From: Candidatus Helarchaeota archaeon
Lineage (GTDB): Archaea; Asgardarchaeota; Lokiarchaeia; Helarchaeales; RDOG01
DNA length: 64,000 nt
Direction: 5' to 3'
NCBI GenBank assembly: GCA_019058315.1
Contig: JAHPZH010000001.1
Location: 1,073,432 to 1,137,431 of the forward strand
In this document: positions 38,446-49,095 of the stretch, one piece after another
How positions within the stretch are numbered: position 1 is the stretch's first letter
Layout: every line of letters begins with the position of its first letter
Program-made: the position numbers and the translations under genes
Notes under the pieces: model-generated
What the model saw: the letters and a program-made list of their open reading frames with translations, nothing else
The model's database searches: none
Told to the model about the DNA's origin: nothing

Positions 38446-40029
38446 TTAAAATTGACAATCCCTAATAACTGGATTCCTTAAATCTTCAGTATTTTTTCTC
38501 ATCAACTTTAAGAGTAGTTCAGATTTTTTATCACCAAATGATTGGTTGTTCCATAAATTATTCATTTCATCAGGGTCTTCTTTTAAATTAAACAATTGAC
38601 CAATATATGCTTCGCTGAAAACCGTAATTCTCCAATCTTCTGTAATCAAGGTCCTTGATTGCTCATTAATTGTAATTTCATCATCCATTTCAATTAGAAT
38701 TGAATCATGAATTTTTGTATCAGGTTTTTTTAATATTGGAACCAAACTTTTGCCTTGCATACTATCAGGTATAGGAAATCTAGCCAATTCTAAAATAGTT
38801 TCTGGGATATCAATGGAGCTAGCTAGAGATGTTGTTTCTTTATTTTCCAAACCATTTGGGATCTTAATTAAAAATGGGATATTAACCAAGCCTTGATATA
38901 AATAAGGACCTTTAAAAAAGAAATGATGATCTCCCCCTAATTCACCATGATCGGTGGTATAAATGACAATTGTATTTTTGGCTAAACCAGTTTTATCTAA
39001 AACATCTAGAATTTCTCCCACAGCATCATCGATCATTTTTTCCATTCCATAAGAAGCAGCAATTACACGTTTCGCATCAAGCTCCGTTACATCTTTGGGA
39101 CTGGGAAATAACCCTTTGGTTGTACCTTCTGTATGTAAAGTCTCGTTATAATGTATCTTCATGAATTCAGGACTTTTTTCATGTTTATCATTAAAGGATT
39201 TTGGCAGAATTATATCCTCTGGGTCATACATTCCAAAGTATTTTCCTGGGGGAGTATAAGGATGATGAGGATCTGGAAAAGAGCAAAATGTGAAGAAATT
39301 ATTTTTTGAATATTCACCATTTGCAAATCTCTCTAAGAAATTAATCGTATTTTCTTTGACAAAGGTAGTTGAGTAGAGTTCTTCCGGAACCTTATGTCTT
39401 AATACTTGTAATTTAAGAAAAGATCCTTTCGTCTTAAAACTCCAGTTAATCCTATCTTGAAGGGTTGCATCTGAGGTAGTTGGTTTCATCCTGAATAATT
39501 TACATAGTTTATCATCATTATCCATTTTAGATTTTACCCAATTGAAATAATCTGGATGTCCACAAAGAGTTCCATGCCCACAGACTAATTTTATTTCTTC
39601 TAATCCGAAATATGGAGAATAATTAGTTAATTTATGATAATCCCAGTGTTGACTATATTCCTGACTCTCGGTTTGTTTATTAAATTTCTTTATCGGAAAT
39701 CCAAAATAATTCAAATGAATCTTACCAAAACTGGCAGTATGATAATATCCTGATTCTAATAAAATATCAGTAAATGTTCTCGTCCCTTGAGGTAATTTTC
39801 TCCCATTTGTTGTTACTCCATGCACTGAAGGATATTGCCCAGTAAATATAGTGCTTCGATTAGGCATACAGATTGGATTATTACAATAAAATCTGGTAAA
39901 TTTAATTCCATTCTTAGCTATGCTGTCAATATACGGAGTTCTTAAAACCATATTATTATTATAACAACTTAAATGATCTACACGCTGTTGGTCGGTAAAA
40001 ATAAACAAAAAATTCAATCTTTCACTCAA
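38446..40029 (-). CDS. Cys-type sulfatase
   Basis: DQQR, CMPNR (CxPxR), GKIH, DPHHPY, TTDHG, DPDEMNN. Confidence 0.92.
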   Translation of the reverse strand: MSERLNFLFIFTDQQRVDHLSCYNNNMVLRTPYIDSIAKNGIKFTRFYCNNPICMPNRSTIFTGQYPSVHGVTTNGRKLPQGTRTFTDILLESGYYHTASFGKIHLNYFGFPIKKFNKQTESQEYSQHWDYHKLTNYSPYFGLEEIKLVCGHGTLCGHPDYFNWVKSKMDNDDKLCKLFRMKPTTSDATLQDRINWSFKTKGSFLKLQVLRHKVPEELYSTTFVKENTINFLERFANGEYSKNNFFTFCSFPDPHHPYTPPGKYFGMYDPEDIILPKSFNDKHEKSPEFMKIHYNETLHTEGTTKGLFPSPKDVTELDAKRVIAASYGMEKMIDDAVGEILDVLDKTGLAKNTIVIYTTDHGELGGDHHFFFKGPYLYQGLVNIPFLIKIPNGLENKETTSLASSIDIPETILELARFPIPDSMQGKSLVPILKKPDTKIHDSILIEMDDEITINEQSRTLITEDWRITVFSEAYIGQLFNLKEDPDEMNNLWNNQSFGDKKSELLLKLMRKNTEDLRNPVIRDCQF

Positions 40030-40188
40030 TTTAATCAGAATCCTTTACTTGATTGTGAATTAGATAATTATAAGCATTCTATATTAATTTTAATCAAATA
40101 TTTTACATTTAATCTTCAATTTATTAAATTTATATCAAGAAAAAATTATTGATATCTTATATAAATGTATAATTCAATCTAATTATTC

Positions 40189-41538
40189 ATGTCAGAAAAA
40201 AATGAAAAATTTCCTTTAGACTACAATATGATAAGGGAACAAATAATAGAATCTCTTGAAATTGGAGATCCACAAGAAGCTTATTTAAATATAAGAACCA
40301 TTTTAGATTATCCAGGACAAGTTAAGAATGAAATAATGTGGCAAGATGCAATAACATTATTTGAACGAATTACTAGGAATCTTGTAGGTGATAAATTAGG
40401 AGATTTAGTGAAAAATATCATATTATATCCAAACGATGTTTTGGCATTATATGATCTTGCATATGAATTATATGAACAAAGAGTCCATAGCATTGCTGCA
40501 ACATTACTAAATAGAGCAAATAAAATATCCCCTCAGAACGAAAAAATAGTAACAGAGTTAGTTAGCAATTTAGAAGCTATGATGTTAAATAATGAAGCAC
40601 GAAAAATTCTCTCAGAAGCTAAAGATGTACTTAAATCCAGTGAATTTTGTAGATATCTTTTAGCTTTTAATAGTTTAATGGTTGGCGATATTAATGAGCC
40701 AGTAAAAATTTTACCTAGCATACAAGGAAGTAGTGATGAAGGTATTCAATTTATGGCTAAAACTCTTGAGGGTATGATAGACCGTGCCTTAGCTCTTAAG
40801 AATGTACGTTCATTAGATAATAAAGATCTACGTGGTTGGCATATTGTACTAAATGGCACAGTTTTATTACATCGCTCTCCATATGTATTGGATGTAATGA
40901 ATGGACGTTACGCTTATGTTTCAGATTCTTATTCATTATGTAGAGATGGTATCGATCGAATAAAGGAAGTTTTGAAAATAGCTGAAATTGATATTCCTTA
41001 TGTGATTTCCTTGCCAGATCGTTCAAGTCAAATTTTAGCACATGCTACTTCTAAAATCCTTGAAAAACCTCTGGAAATTTGGAATCTGAAAGATATTAAA
41101 GAAGGATTAATCGTATCTTACGATCTAGATGAAAGTTGTTCGGAAGAAATGTATGGAAAGATAACAAACTTCCAACCTGGTCAAATATTATGGGCACATG
41201 CATCTAATTGGATTAATCCTTATCCAATTGCACCAGATATTACAACTTTTCTCAATCAAGAAAATGCTTCTCCTTGGGGTCGACGTATGGCCTATGATAT
41301 AAAAGGAAAAGAATTAACAACAACCAAACCAGATGATTCAGTAATTGAAGAAGTATCCTTAAAAATTATAGAAGCAGAAAAGGATGAAGACTATCTTGAT
41401 GACCTTGATGATTTATTATCATTGATTGAACCGTTAAAAAATTTAAAAGATGAAAGTAAGCCTGGAGTATTTAGAACTTCAGGCAAGAGACTTCGTCAAA
41501 GAGCTGGTTCTCCAGTCCCAAGTGGTAGGTTTATTTAA
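40189..41538 (+). CDS. Hypothetical protein with TPR-like N-terminal region
   Basis: YPNDVLALYDLAYELYE...A..LL.RA..ISP helical repeat pattern. Confidence 0.65.
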   Translation: MSEKNEKFPLDYNMIREQIIESLEIGDPQEAYLNIRTILDYPGQVKNEIMWQDAITLFERITRNLVGDKLGDLVKNIILYPNDVLALYDLAYELYEQRVHSIAATLLNRANKISPQNEKIVTELVSNLEAMMLNNEARKILSEAKDVLKSSEFCRYLLAFNSLMVGDINEPVKILPSIQGSSDEGIQFMAKTLEGMIDRALALKNVRSLDNKDLRGWHIVLNGTVLLHRSPYVLDVMNGRYAYVSDSYSLCRDGIDRIKEVLKIAEIDIPYVISLPDRSSQILAHATSKILEKPLEIWNLKDIKEGLIVSYDLDESCSEEMYGKITNFQPGQILWAHASNWINPYPIAPDITTFLNQENASPWGRRMAYDIKGKELTTTKPDDSVIEEVSLKIIEAEKDEDYLDDLDDLLSLIEPLKNLKDESKPGVFRTSGKRLRQRAGSPVPSGRFI

Positions 41539-41699
41539 TAGGTCCTTTTTATCAATTCAATTAATACTGATTGACCTTTCATTTTTGAATATACACAATT
41601 CTTACTTAAAATTAATAAAAAATTAAAAGGGATATTAAACAAATTTAACTAAATACTCTCTTAAAATTAATAAAAATATCAAAATGGGAAAAGATATTC

Positions 41700-42497
41700 A
41701 TGTCAGAAAAAGAATATAAGTATATAATCTATAAGCTCGAAAATGGTATTGGAAGAATTACCTTAAATCGACCAAATCAGCTTAATGCTTTAAAATATCC
41801 TCTGATAATGGAAATTGTTGATATTCTTGGATCTTCTATGAAAAAAAAAGCAATTCGGGTTTTTGTTATTGAGGGTAGTGGCCGAGCATTCTGCTCTGGT
41901 GATGATTTGAAAGGAATGGGGGATGAAGGTCTTAAGTTCGAACCATTAGAGGATGGTTCCCGGATACCTCATCAAAGGATGATTAAACTTATTCGGAAAA
42001 TTCAAAAACCTGTGATAGCCTTGTTGCATGGACATTGTTTAGGTGCAGGATTTGAATTGGCTCTAGCTTGTGATTTTAGATTGGCAGCCGACAACTTGCA
42101 AATTGGAGACCATCGTGCAACTCGGGCCATTTGTATGATGAGTGGAGCGAGTTGGTTTCTTCCTCGAATTGTCGGCTTTGCAAGAGCAACAGAAATAATC
42201 ATGACTGGTCGCCATCTTGATGCAAAAGAAGCATTAGAAATAGGATTGATTCATAAAGTCTATCCATTGGCAGAATTTAAGGAAAAATCACAAGAATTTA
42301 TTCAGAAAATCGCCGAACTCCCTACAAGATGCTTAGGATTTAACAAGGCAATGTTAAATTTTTCTCAATTTAATGAATTATTTCCATCATTACAATACGA
42401 ACTGGATTTATATATGCGTAACATGGCAACTTACGATCATTTCGAAGGGATTAAATCGTTCTTGGAAAAACGGACACCAAAATATAGAGGAAAATAA
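41700..42497 (+). CDS. Enoyl-CoA hydratase/isomerase family protein
   Basis: ITLNRP..LNAL, AFCSGDDL, GAGFELALACD, EG..SFLEKR.P. Confidence 0.92.
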   Translation: MSEKEYKYIIYKLENGIGRITLNRPNQLNALKYPLIMEIVDILGSSMKKKAIRVFVIEGSGRAFCSGDDLKGMGDEGLKFEPLEDGSRIPHQRMIKLIRKIQKPVIALLHGHCLGAGFELALACDFRLAADNLQIGDHRATRAICMMSGASWFLPRIVGFARATEIIMTGRHLDAKEALEIGLIHKVYPLAEFKEKSQEFIQKIAELPTRCLGFNKAMLNFSQFNELFPSLQYELDLYMRNMATYDHFEGIKSFLEKRTPKYRGK

Positions 42498-42543
42498 GTT
42501 TAAAATAAGTAAATACTTTTCAAAATTAGGAGTTGTTATCAAA

Positions 42544-43545
42544 TTGGAAAAAATAATTAAATATTTTCAAGATAAAGGATTTAAAATTGAAGATAAATTT
42601 CTAAAACATCTTGAAAGTGGGGCAGATATTACCGAAATAGATGAATATAAACATGATTTTGGCATATTTCCTCCACATCATAACGAGAGTTGGTATTTTA
42701 ACTTCATTGATCGTCAGAATGATGTTTTTTTAGTATCAAGGTTATCTATGGAAATGCATGAAAAAAAATCAAGAATATTATTTATTTTAATTATTGATGG
42801 CAAGGCAAATGCATATTTTAAAGAGATCCCCCTCGATAGTATGCCTGATAATTGGGAATTTAATAAGAGATTAAAATATTATTGCATAAAGCCAATGAAG
42901 CAATGGAAAGTTAAATTTGAAGATAGAAAGTACAGTTTAGATGTAACCTATGATGCAATATATCCTGTTTTTAATTTTAATTCTGCTAGAGACCCGACTG
43001 TTTTACTTGAGGAATTTGGTTTAGAAATATTAGATGTCGCAGCTCAACAACATTATGAACAAGCTATGAAAGTTACAGGAACATTAACCATGAAGAAAAC
43101 TGGCGAAACAAGAAATATCAATTGTCATGGTCATCGTGATCACAGTTACGGAACTAGAGACTGGATTCACATTGATGGTTGGAATTGGGCTGCTGCAAAA
43201 TTCGAAAATAATGAGTATATCAGCCTTTCAAGAGTTGAAGTATTTGGAAAAATTTTCGTAAATGGATTTATTGCTACAAAAGAAGGTAATATTCCAATTA
43301 AAAATGTAGAAGTAACAACAAAGACGAGAGATGATGGAAAAACTCCTGTAGCTTCAGAATTTATTGTTACTGATATAAATGGAAAAAAAAGAACCATAAC
43401 CACAAATACTCTACATTCAATACACCTTCCGCTACCTTCTGAAAAAGGGACAACAGACATTTATGAACAAATAGCTATATTCAAATCTGATGGTAAAGAA
43501 GGTGACGGTATTTCTGAATATTTAATTTCTACTCGAGATACATAA
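42544..43545 (+). CDS. Hypothetical protein, probable AttH/CrtC-like beta-barrel fold
   Basis: NESWYF, HYEQ, GHRDHSYGTRDW, G.G.SEY; start moved to the TTG at 42544 (GGAG RBS), which removes the overlap with the upstream gene. Confidence 0.65.
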   Translation: MEKIIKYFQDKGFKIEDKFLKHLESGADITEIDEYKHDFGIFPPHHNESWYFNFIDRQNDVFLVSRLSMEMHEKKSRILFILIIDGKANAYFKEIPLDSMPDNWEFNKRLKYYCIKPMKQWKVKFEDRKYSLDVTYDAIYPVFNFNSARDPTVLLEEFGLEILDVAAQQHYEQAMKVTGTLTMKKTGETRNINCHGHRDHSYGTRDWIHIDGWNWAAAKFENNEYISLSRVEVFGKIFVNGFIATKEGNIPIKNVEVTTKTRDDGKTPVASEFIVTDINGKKRTITTNTLHSIHLPLPSEKGTTDIYEQIAIFKSDGKEGDGISEYLISTRDT

Positions 43546-43613
43546 CATTTTTAATATTTTTTTAGTCCAACCAGGTATCTTTAAATGTTCTTAAAAAAAA
43601 AAGAAAAGAGTTA

Positions 43614-45329
43614 TTATCGTTCTCTTAGGTATATAAAAACAATTCCAGCTCCAACAGCAATCAAAATAAATATAAGTCCGAAGATTAGTCCCTCATTTGC
43701 TGGTTCTTTAGTCAATAATAATAATATGAATGATAAATCTTGTCCCTGTGTCTCGCCTTTTATTTTTTGTGCATAAAGATCATATGAGGTATAATCTCTC
43801 CTTTGATCGAACCATCCTATAATTGCTCCTCCAGATCCATCACAGCAAATGACTGGATACGAATTATCATTAACAGTATTACAGATATTAGATCCATTTT
43901 TATCATTTGTTGTGCCATTATTCCAGTATATAGTCCCATTTAAATCAATTTTTTGGACATATATACTATCATCTGAAGAATTATATCTATCATCATTCCA
44001 TGTAACAATTGCATATTTTGAATCATAACAACATACCATGGGATTTTCTTGGTTATCAACTTCATGGCATATCACAGTTCCATTTCTATCGCTTGGAGTA
44101 TTATTTCCCCAATAAGTAATTCCATTTAGATCAACTCTTTGGGCATAGATACCCCCAGAGCCTCTATAATCACCCCACACGATAATTGCACTCCCATCTC
44201 CAAAACAACACATATCTGGGTCAGCAATATTTGAAGCGTAATTGCGAATCACTGTTCCATTTTTATCACCAGGTGAACCATCACCCCAATAGATATTACC
44301 ATTCATATCAATACGTTGTGCAAAAATACCATCTCCAGGCAAGCCAGCTCTATCATCTTCCCAGGCGATTATTGCACCCAAATTTCTAGTACAACATATT
44401 AAAGGTTCAGATTGATCACCAGTTATATTGCATATAAACGTTCCATTATTATCACCTAGAGAACCATCTCCCCAAAATGTATTTCCATTTGTGTCGATAT
44501 GCTGTGCATAAATATCTGAGTCTGTTCCCAAAGATCTATCCTCAGACCAAGCTATTATTGCACCTCCAACCCCATCACAACACATTACTGGATTAGAACT
44601 ACTATCCGTAGTATTACAAATAACAGTGCCATTTCTATCACCCGCTGAGCCATTCCCCCAATAAATATTACCCAAAAAATCCAGTTTTTGTGCATAAATA
44701 TCAGCGTTTCCAGATCTATAATCTTGGTAGGCTATGATAACATAAGAAGAATAACAACAGATTAATGAATTATGTTCATTTAAACCTTGATTACCAAATG
44801 CATTACATATAACAATACCATTTTCTGTCCATAGGGGTTTACCATTTCTATCTATTCTTTGCGCATAAATATCAGCAGTTCCAGTTCTATCATCTTGCCA
44901 TACAATGATTGCGCCTCCGGCAGCGTCACAACAAATAGTTGAATATGATTGAGTTCCGGTTGCTTTACACACAGCAGTACCATTTGCACCCCATAATATA
45001 TTTCCACTTGCGCCTATTTTTTGTGCATAAATATCCCCACCATCATCTCGATTATCTTCCCAAACAAATATCGCACCTCCAGCTCCATCACAACAAACTT
45101 GAATATCTTGAACATCACTAGAATCATTATTACAAATAATTGTCCCATTAGCCTGCCATAATGTAACAGCCATTGCATCTGTTGAAATCTCTGAATTTTG
45201 ATATTCAATAGAAATCCAAGAAAATTGATTCAAATTGGGTAGAAAATTGGAGAGAATCACACTTGAAACAATGAACATTTGAACAAATATTAATAGTAAC
45301 ATTTTGTTTTTTTTCATTTTTACCATCAT
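43614..45329 (-). CDS. Membrane-anchored surface protein with 8 beta-propeller-like repeats
   Basis: Signal peptide, 8x W..NG..IC...CC..GGAII.W.D.R...DIYAQ, C-terminal TM, many N-x-T sequons. Confidence 0.85.
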   Translation of the reverse strand: MMVKMKKNKMLLLIFVQMFIVSSVILSNFLPNLNQFSWISIEYQNSEISTDAMAVTLWQANGTIICNNDSSDVQDIQVCCDGAGGAIFVWEDNRDDGGDIYAQKIGASGNILWGANGTAVCKATGTQSYSTICCDAAGGAIIVWQDDRTGTADIYAQRIDRNGKPLWTENGIVICNAFGNQGLNEHNSLICCYSSYVIIAYQDYRSGNADIYAQKLDFLGNIYWGNGSAGDRNGTVICNTTDSSSNPVMCCDGVGGAIIAWSEDRSLGTDSDIYAQHIDTNGNTFWGDGSLGDNNGTFICNITGDQSEPLICCTRNLGAIIAWEDDRAGLPGDGIFAQRIDMNGNIYWGDGSPGDKNGTVIRNYASNIADPDMCCFGDGSAIIVWGDYRGSGGIYAQRVDLNGITYWGNNTPSDRNGTVICHEVDNQENPMVCCYDSKYAIVTWNDDRYNSSDDSIYVQKIDLNGTIYWNNGTTNDKNGSNICNTVNDNSYPVICCDGSGGAIIGWFDQRRDYTSYDLYAQKIKGETQGQDLSFILLLLTKEPANEGLIFGLIFILIAVGAGIVFIYLRER

Positions 45330-45444
45330 TTCTTGAAAAGTATATTTTACATTTAATGGTTATTCAATATTTTTTTCTTAAATAAATTTTATTAAAAAAG
45401 CAAATAATAGCTAATGTACCCAAAAAATATATTCAAAGTGGTTA

Positions 45445-46383
45445 TTGATGGAAGAATTAAATAATAATATTCAGAAAATTAAGAGTCTTGAAGTTCAAGG
45501 TGCTACGAATGTAGCTAAATTTGGATTAAAATCGTTTAATCAATATGTTAAAACACTTGATATGACTTCAAGAGATGATTTTTTAACTAAAATTGAAGAG
45601 GCTAATTATTTTTTGCGAAATATTCGCCCTACAGAGCCATGTTTAAGGAATGGTCTTCAATGTATTATGACCAAGGCAAAAAAAATCCTTACTGACCAAG
45701 TTGATACATTGAAATATGCAATTGATAAAAATATTGAAATGTATCTCAATTTCTTATCTAATGCAAATGAAAAAATTGCTAAATATGGTGCTAGAAGAAT
45801 AGTAGATAATTCTACAATTCTAACACACTGTCATTCTTCCGCAGTAACTGAAATTTTGAAAAAGTCGCATAATGAAGGAAAGAAAATTAAGGTTATTGTG
45901 TCAGAAACCAGACCTTTATTTCAGGGTCGTATTACTGCTAAAGAGCTTTCGGACATAGGAATAGAGACAACAATGATTGTAGACTCTGCAATGCGGTGGA
46001 TTGTCCGTCATAAACCAATAGACCTAATTTTAATAGGGGCAGATTCTATAACCGTTGAGGGAACGGTCTTAAATAAAATTGGAAGCAAATTATTAGCTTT
46101 AGTAGCTGAAGAGAACAATATTCCTTTCTATGTTGCGGCCACCATGTTAAAATATAATCCAGAAAGTGCCTTTGGGGATTTAGAAATTATTGAAATGAGA
46201 AATGAAAAAGAAATTTGGGAAAATCCACCTTCGAATTTAAAAACATTAAAAATACTTAATCCTGCATTTGAAACTATATCTAGAGATTTAATTTCTGCTC
46301 TAATCACTGAAATTGGTGTATTTCCCCCAGTTTTAATATCTGAAAAATTTGAATATTACTATCCTTTTCTCATATACGAATAA
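45445..46383 (+). CDS. Ribose-1,5-bisphosphate isomerase (eIF2B-like family)
   Basis: VQGATNVA, RPTEP, THCHS, ETRPLFQG, GADSI, NKIGS, NPAFE. Confidence 0.85.
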   Translation: MMEELNNNIQKIKSLEVQGATNVAKFGLKSFNQYVKTLDMTSRDDFLTKIEEANYFLRNIRPTEPCLRNGLQCIMTKAKKILTDQVDTLKYAIDKNIEMYLNFLSNANEKIAKYGARRIVDNSTILTHCHSSAVTEILKKSHNEGKKIKVIVSETRPLFQGRITAKELSDIGIETTMIVDSAMRWIVRHKPIDLILIGADSITVEGTVLNKIGSKLLALVAEENNIPFYVAATMLKYNPESAFGDLEIIEMRNEKEIWENPPSNLKTLKILNPAFETISRDLISALITEIGVFPPVLISEKFEYYYPFLIYE

Positions 46384-46441
46384 TTTTATTAAGTCAATAT
46401 AATTAGAAATTATAACTTTGATCTTTTTAGCTGTGATTTAA

Positions 46442-47509
46442 ATGGGTAAAATAAAGATTGCTCTTGCTGGTGTTGGAAATTGTGCATCAGCTTTAGTTCA
46501 AGGAATAGAATATTATAAACATAATGGAAACGCAAATTTAGGATTAATTCATCATACTTTTGCGGGTTATTTTCCAGCAGATATAGATGTAGTTGCAGCA
46601 TTTGATGTTTCCGCAGAAAAGGTAGGTAAAGATGTATCAAAAGCCATATTTGCAAAACCAAATAATACAATAAAAATTAGAGATATGGAAGATCTAGGAG
46701 TTAAAGTATTAAAAGGGGAATTACACGATGGAATCGGCGAATATTTAAAAGATTTGATAACGATTTCCGAAGAACCCCCTGTAGATGTCGCTAAGGTTTT
46801 AGAAGAATCTGGAGCAGAAATACTTATCAATATGGTTCCCTCAGGTGCTATTGAAGCTAGTAAGTATTATGCTGAACAAGCATTAAAAGCTAAATGTGCA
46901 TTTCTTAATGCTACACCACATGAAATAGCTAGTAATCTCGAGTGGGCTAAACACTTCAAAGATACAGGTATACCTGTTGCTGGTGACGACATAATGAATC
47001 AGATTGGATCCACAATCATCCATAAATCAATTCTTAAAATGTTAACAGATCGTGGAGTTTTAATTAAGGAATCCTATTGTTTAGATGTTGGAGGAGCAAT
47101 GGAAAGTTTGAATTCTCTAGAAAGGTCAAGAGCAATAAAAAGAAAATTTAAAACAAATGCAGTTAAAAGTCAGATTCCAAGTTTAAAAGAAGTTCCAATT
47201 GTTGCAGGTTCAACAGATTTTGTGGATTTTTTGGAAAATCGAAGAGACTCTTATTTTTGGATTTTAGCAAATTATTTTGGATTTGCACCAGTTAAAATAG
47301 ATATTACACTTTCAACTCTAGATGCTCCCAATTCATTTGCAATCATATTAGACGCGATTCGAGGAATTAAAGTAGCATTAGATAGAAAAGTCTCAGGGCC
47401 GCTTGAAAGTATTTCTGGGTTTTGTTTTAAAAAGCCTCCTAAAGAATGTACAATTCAAGAGGCTAAAGTCTGGATTAATGAATTTATTAGTGGAAAAAGA
47501 GAAATTTAA
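46442..47509 (+). CDS. Myo-inositol-1-phosphate synthase family protein (divergent)
   Basis: GVGNCASALVQG, AAFDV...KVGKD, GDD, DAPNS, KKPP. Confidence 0.85.
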   Translation: MGKIKIALAGVGNCASALVQGIEYYKHNGNANLGLIHHTFAGYFPADIDVVAAFDVSAEKVGKDVSKAIFAKPNNTIKIRDMEDLGVKVLKGELHDGIGEYLKDLITISEEPPVDVAKVLEESGAEILINMVPSGAIEASKYYAEQALKAKCAFLNATPHEIASNLEWAKHFKDTGIPVAGDDIMNQIGSTIIHKSILKMLTDRGVLIKESYCLDVGGAMESLNSLERSRAIKRKFKTNAVKSQIPSLKEVPIVAGSTDFVDFLENRRDSYFWILANYFGFAPVKIDITLSTLDAPNSFAIILDAIRGIKVALDRKVSGPLESISGFCFKKPPKECTIQEAKVWINEFISGKREI

Positions 47510-47623
47510 TATCAACTATAAAAAATAGAATATTTTTCTGTAAATTAGATAAAATTTGAAATCAGATTGGGGAATAATTATGATAATTACAACTTTTTCT
47601 AGTTTTTTGGAGTTTAATTTGTT

Positions 47624-48013
47624 ATGTTATATACAATTCAAATATTATTAAAAGAAAAAGGAATCTTGTTGTTTGAAGAGAGATTTTCAAAAATAGATTA
47701 TAATTCAAAACTTTTTAGTGGATTGCTAACTGCAATTCAAGAATTTTGTATAGATATTAACATTGGAGAATGTAATACTTTTAGTTCGGACAAATTTAAA
47801 ATAATAACAACTGCAACAAGCAGAATCGTTATCGCAATAATAATAGCAAAAAGTGATCCTCACATCGAAGAATTTTGGGAGAGTTTATTGCTTGATATTG
47901 GAAGAAAGTTCGAAGAAACCTATGAAATTAGTAAGTTTCAAGGTAAAGTAAACGAGTATGATGGTTTCAACCAGATTTTACATGAAATTCTTACTGAGAG
48001 AGAAATTTTTTAG
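47624..48013 (+). CDS. Longin-domain protein
   Basis: GILLF...LFSGLLTAIQEF...F.ETY...F.G.V..Y..F pattern typical of Asgard longins. Confidence 0.75.
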   Translation: MLYTIQILLKEKGILLFEERFSKIDYNSKLFSGLLTAIQEFCIDINIGECNTFSSDKFKIITTATSRIVIAIIIAKSDPHIEEFWESLLLDIGRKFEETYEISKFQGKVNEYDGFNQILHEILTEREIF

Positions 48014-48057
48014 TTTCTATTTTTTATCAATATATTATTATTTTAGGTGGAGATAGA

Positions 48058-49056
48058 ATGAGATTACTACAATATGAAATTAAAACGAGATTAGGAGTTT
48101 TTAAGAGATTAGGAAATCAAATAAATGATAAAATAGTCGATTTAAATTTGGCATATGTAAAATACTTAGCTGAGGAAACAAATGAAAAACAAATTTATCC
48201 TCTTGCTAATTTAAGAATCCCTCCAGATATGGTTGGATTCTTAGATGGGGAAGAATCGTCATATGAAGCTGCAGCAAAGGCAAATAAATATATTTCTAAT
48301 TTTTTAAAACATGGTGAAAAAGTAATTGGTCCAAAACAAGAGCAGATTATCCTAAATCTTGATGAAGTTCATATAATTGAACCATTAAGCCCTAGATTGA
48401 TAATTGATTTTTTGACATTTGAAACTCATTATAAACAGGGACTTCACATGTTAACTGATTATTCACTCTGGAAGAAAACACCAATAGCGTATAAGAAAAA
48501 TCCCACAACAATTATTGGACCAACTGATGATGTAATATTTCCTTCTTTAATAACCAAATGGTTAGATTATGAAGTTGAATTTGCGACAATAATTGGAAAG
48601 AAAGGGAAGGATATTCCAGAAGATAAAGCATACGATTATGTGGCTGGGTATTCCGTTTTTAATGATTTTTCAGCAAGAGATATAGAACTTCCTGAAATTA
48701 TGCTTCGTTTAGGACCTTTTAAAAGTAAAGATTTTGATACTGCTGGTGCTATGGGGCCTTGTATTGTAACTTCTGATGAATTAACTGGTCACCCCAGTTT
48801 AGAAATGGAGTGTAGAGTAAATGGAGTAACTGTTCAAAAGGGTAATACAAAAGATATGATTTGGAAAGTTGCCCAATTAGTCTCTTACACATCTAAGGAT
48901 CAAACCATTTATCCAGGAACCGTAATCCTTAGTGGTAATCCTGGTAAAGTAAAAGGTATTATGAGGAAAGCAGAACGATTAAAAATTGATAATTTTGTAG
49001 AAACAGAGATTGAAAAAATTGGAATTCTAAGAAATAAAGTTGTATCTAAAAATTAA
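48058..49056 (+). CDS. Fumarylacetoacetate hydrolase family protein
   Basis: LDYEVE, NDFSARD, KSKDF, GP, IGILRN. Confidence 0.9.
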   Translation: MRLLQYEIKTRLGVFKRLGNQINDKIVDLNLAYVKYLAEETNEKQIYPLANLRIPPDMVGFLDGEESSYEAAAKANKYISNFLKHGEKVIGPKQEQIILNLDEVHIIEPLSPRLIIDFLTFETHYKQGLHMLTDYSLWKKTPIAYKKNPTTIIGPTDDVIFPSLITKWLDYEVEFATIIGKKGKDIPEDKAYDYVAGYSVFNDFSARDIELPEIMLRLGPFKSKDFDTAGAMGPCIVTSDELTGHPSLEMECRVNGVTVQKGNTKDMIWKVAQLVSYTSKDQTIYPGTVILSGNPGKVKGIMRKAERLKIDNFVETEIEKIGILRNKVVSKN

Positions 49057-49095
49057 AAAAGTTAAAACTCATGTTATCTAAAAGATAAAATAAAG

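Noticed and set aside
41605-41676. 17-bp direct repeat cttaaaattaataaaaa
   Set aside because: Low complexity in AT-rich intergenic DNA and only two copies; not a CRISPR or att site.
42373-42543. N-terminal 57 aa of the track ORF overlapping the enoyl-CoA hydratase
   Set aside because: An RBS-supported TTG at 42544 removes the overlap; no sign of a frameshift fusion.
45445-46383. Eukaryote-like eIF2B subunit
   Set aside because: It retains the catalytic Cys (THCHS) and Asp (GAD) and the QGA/RPT motifs of R15P isomerase.
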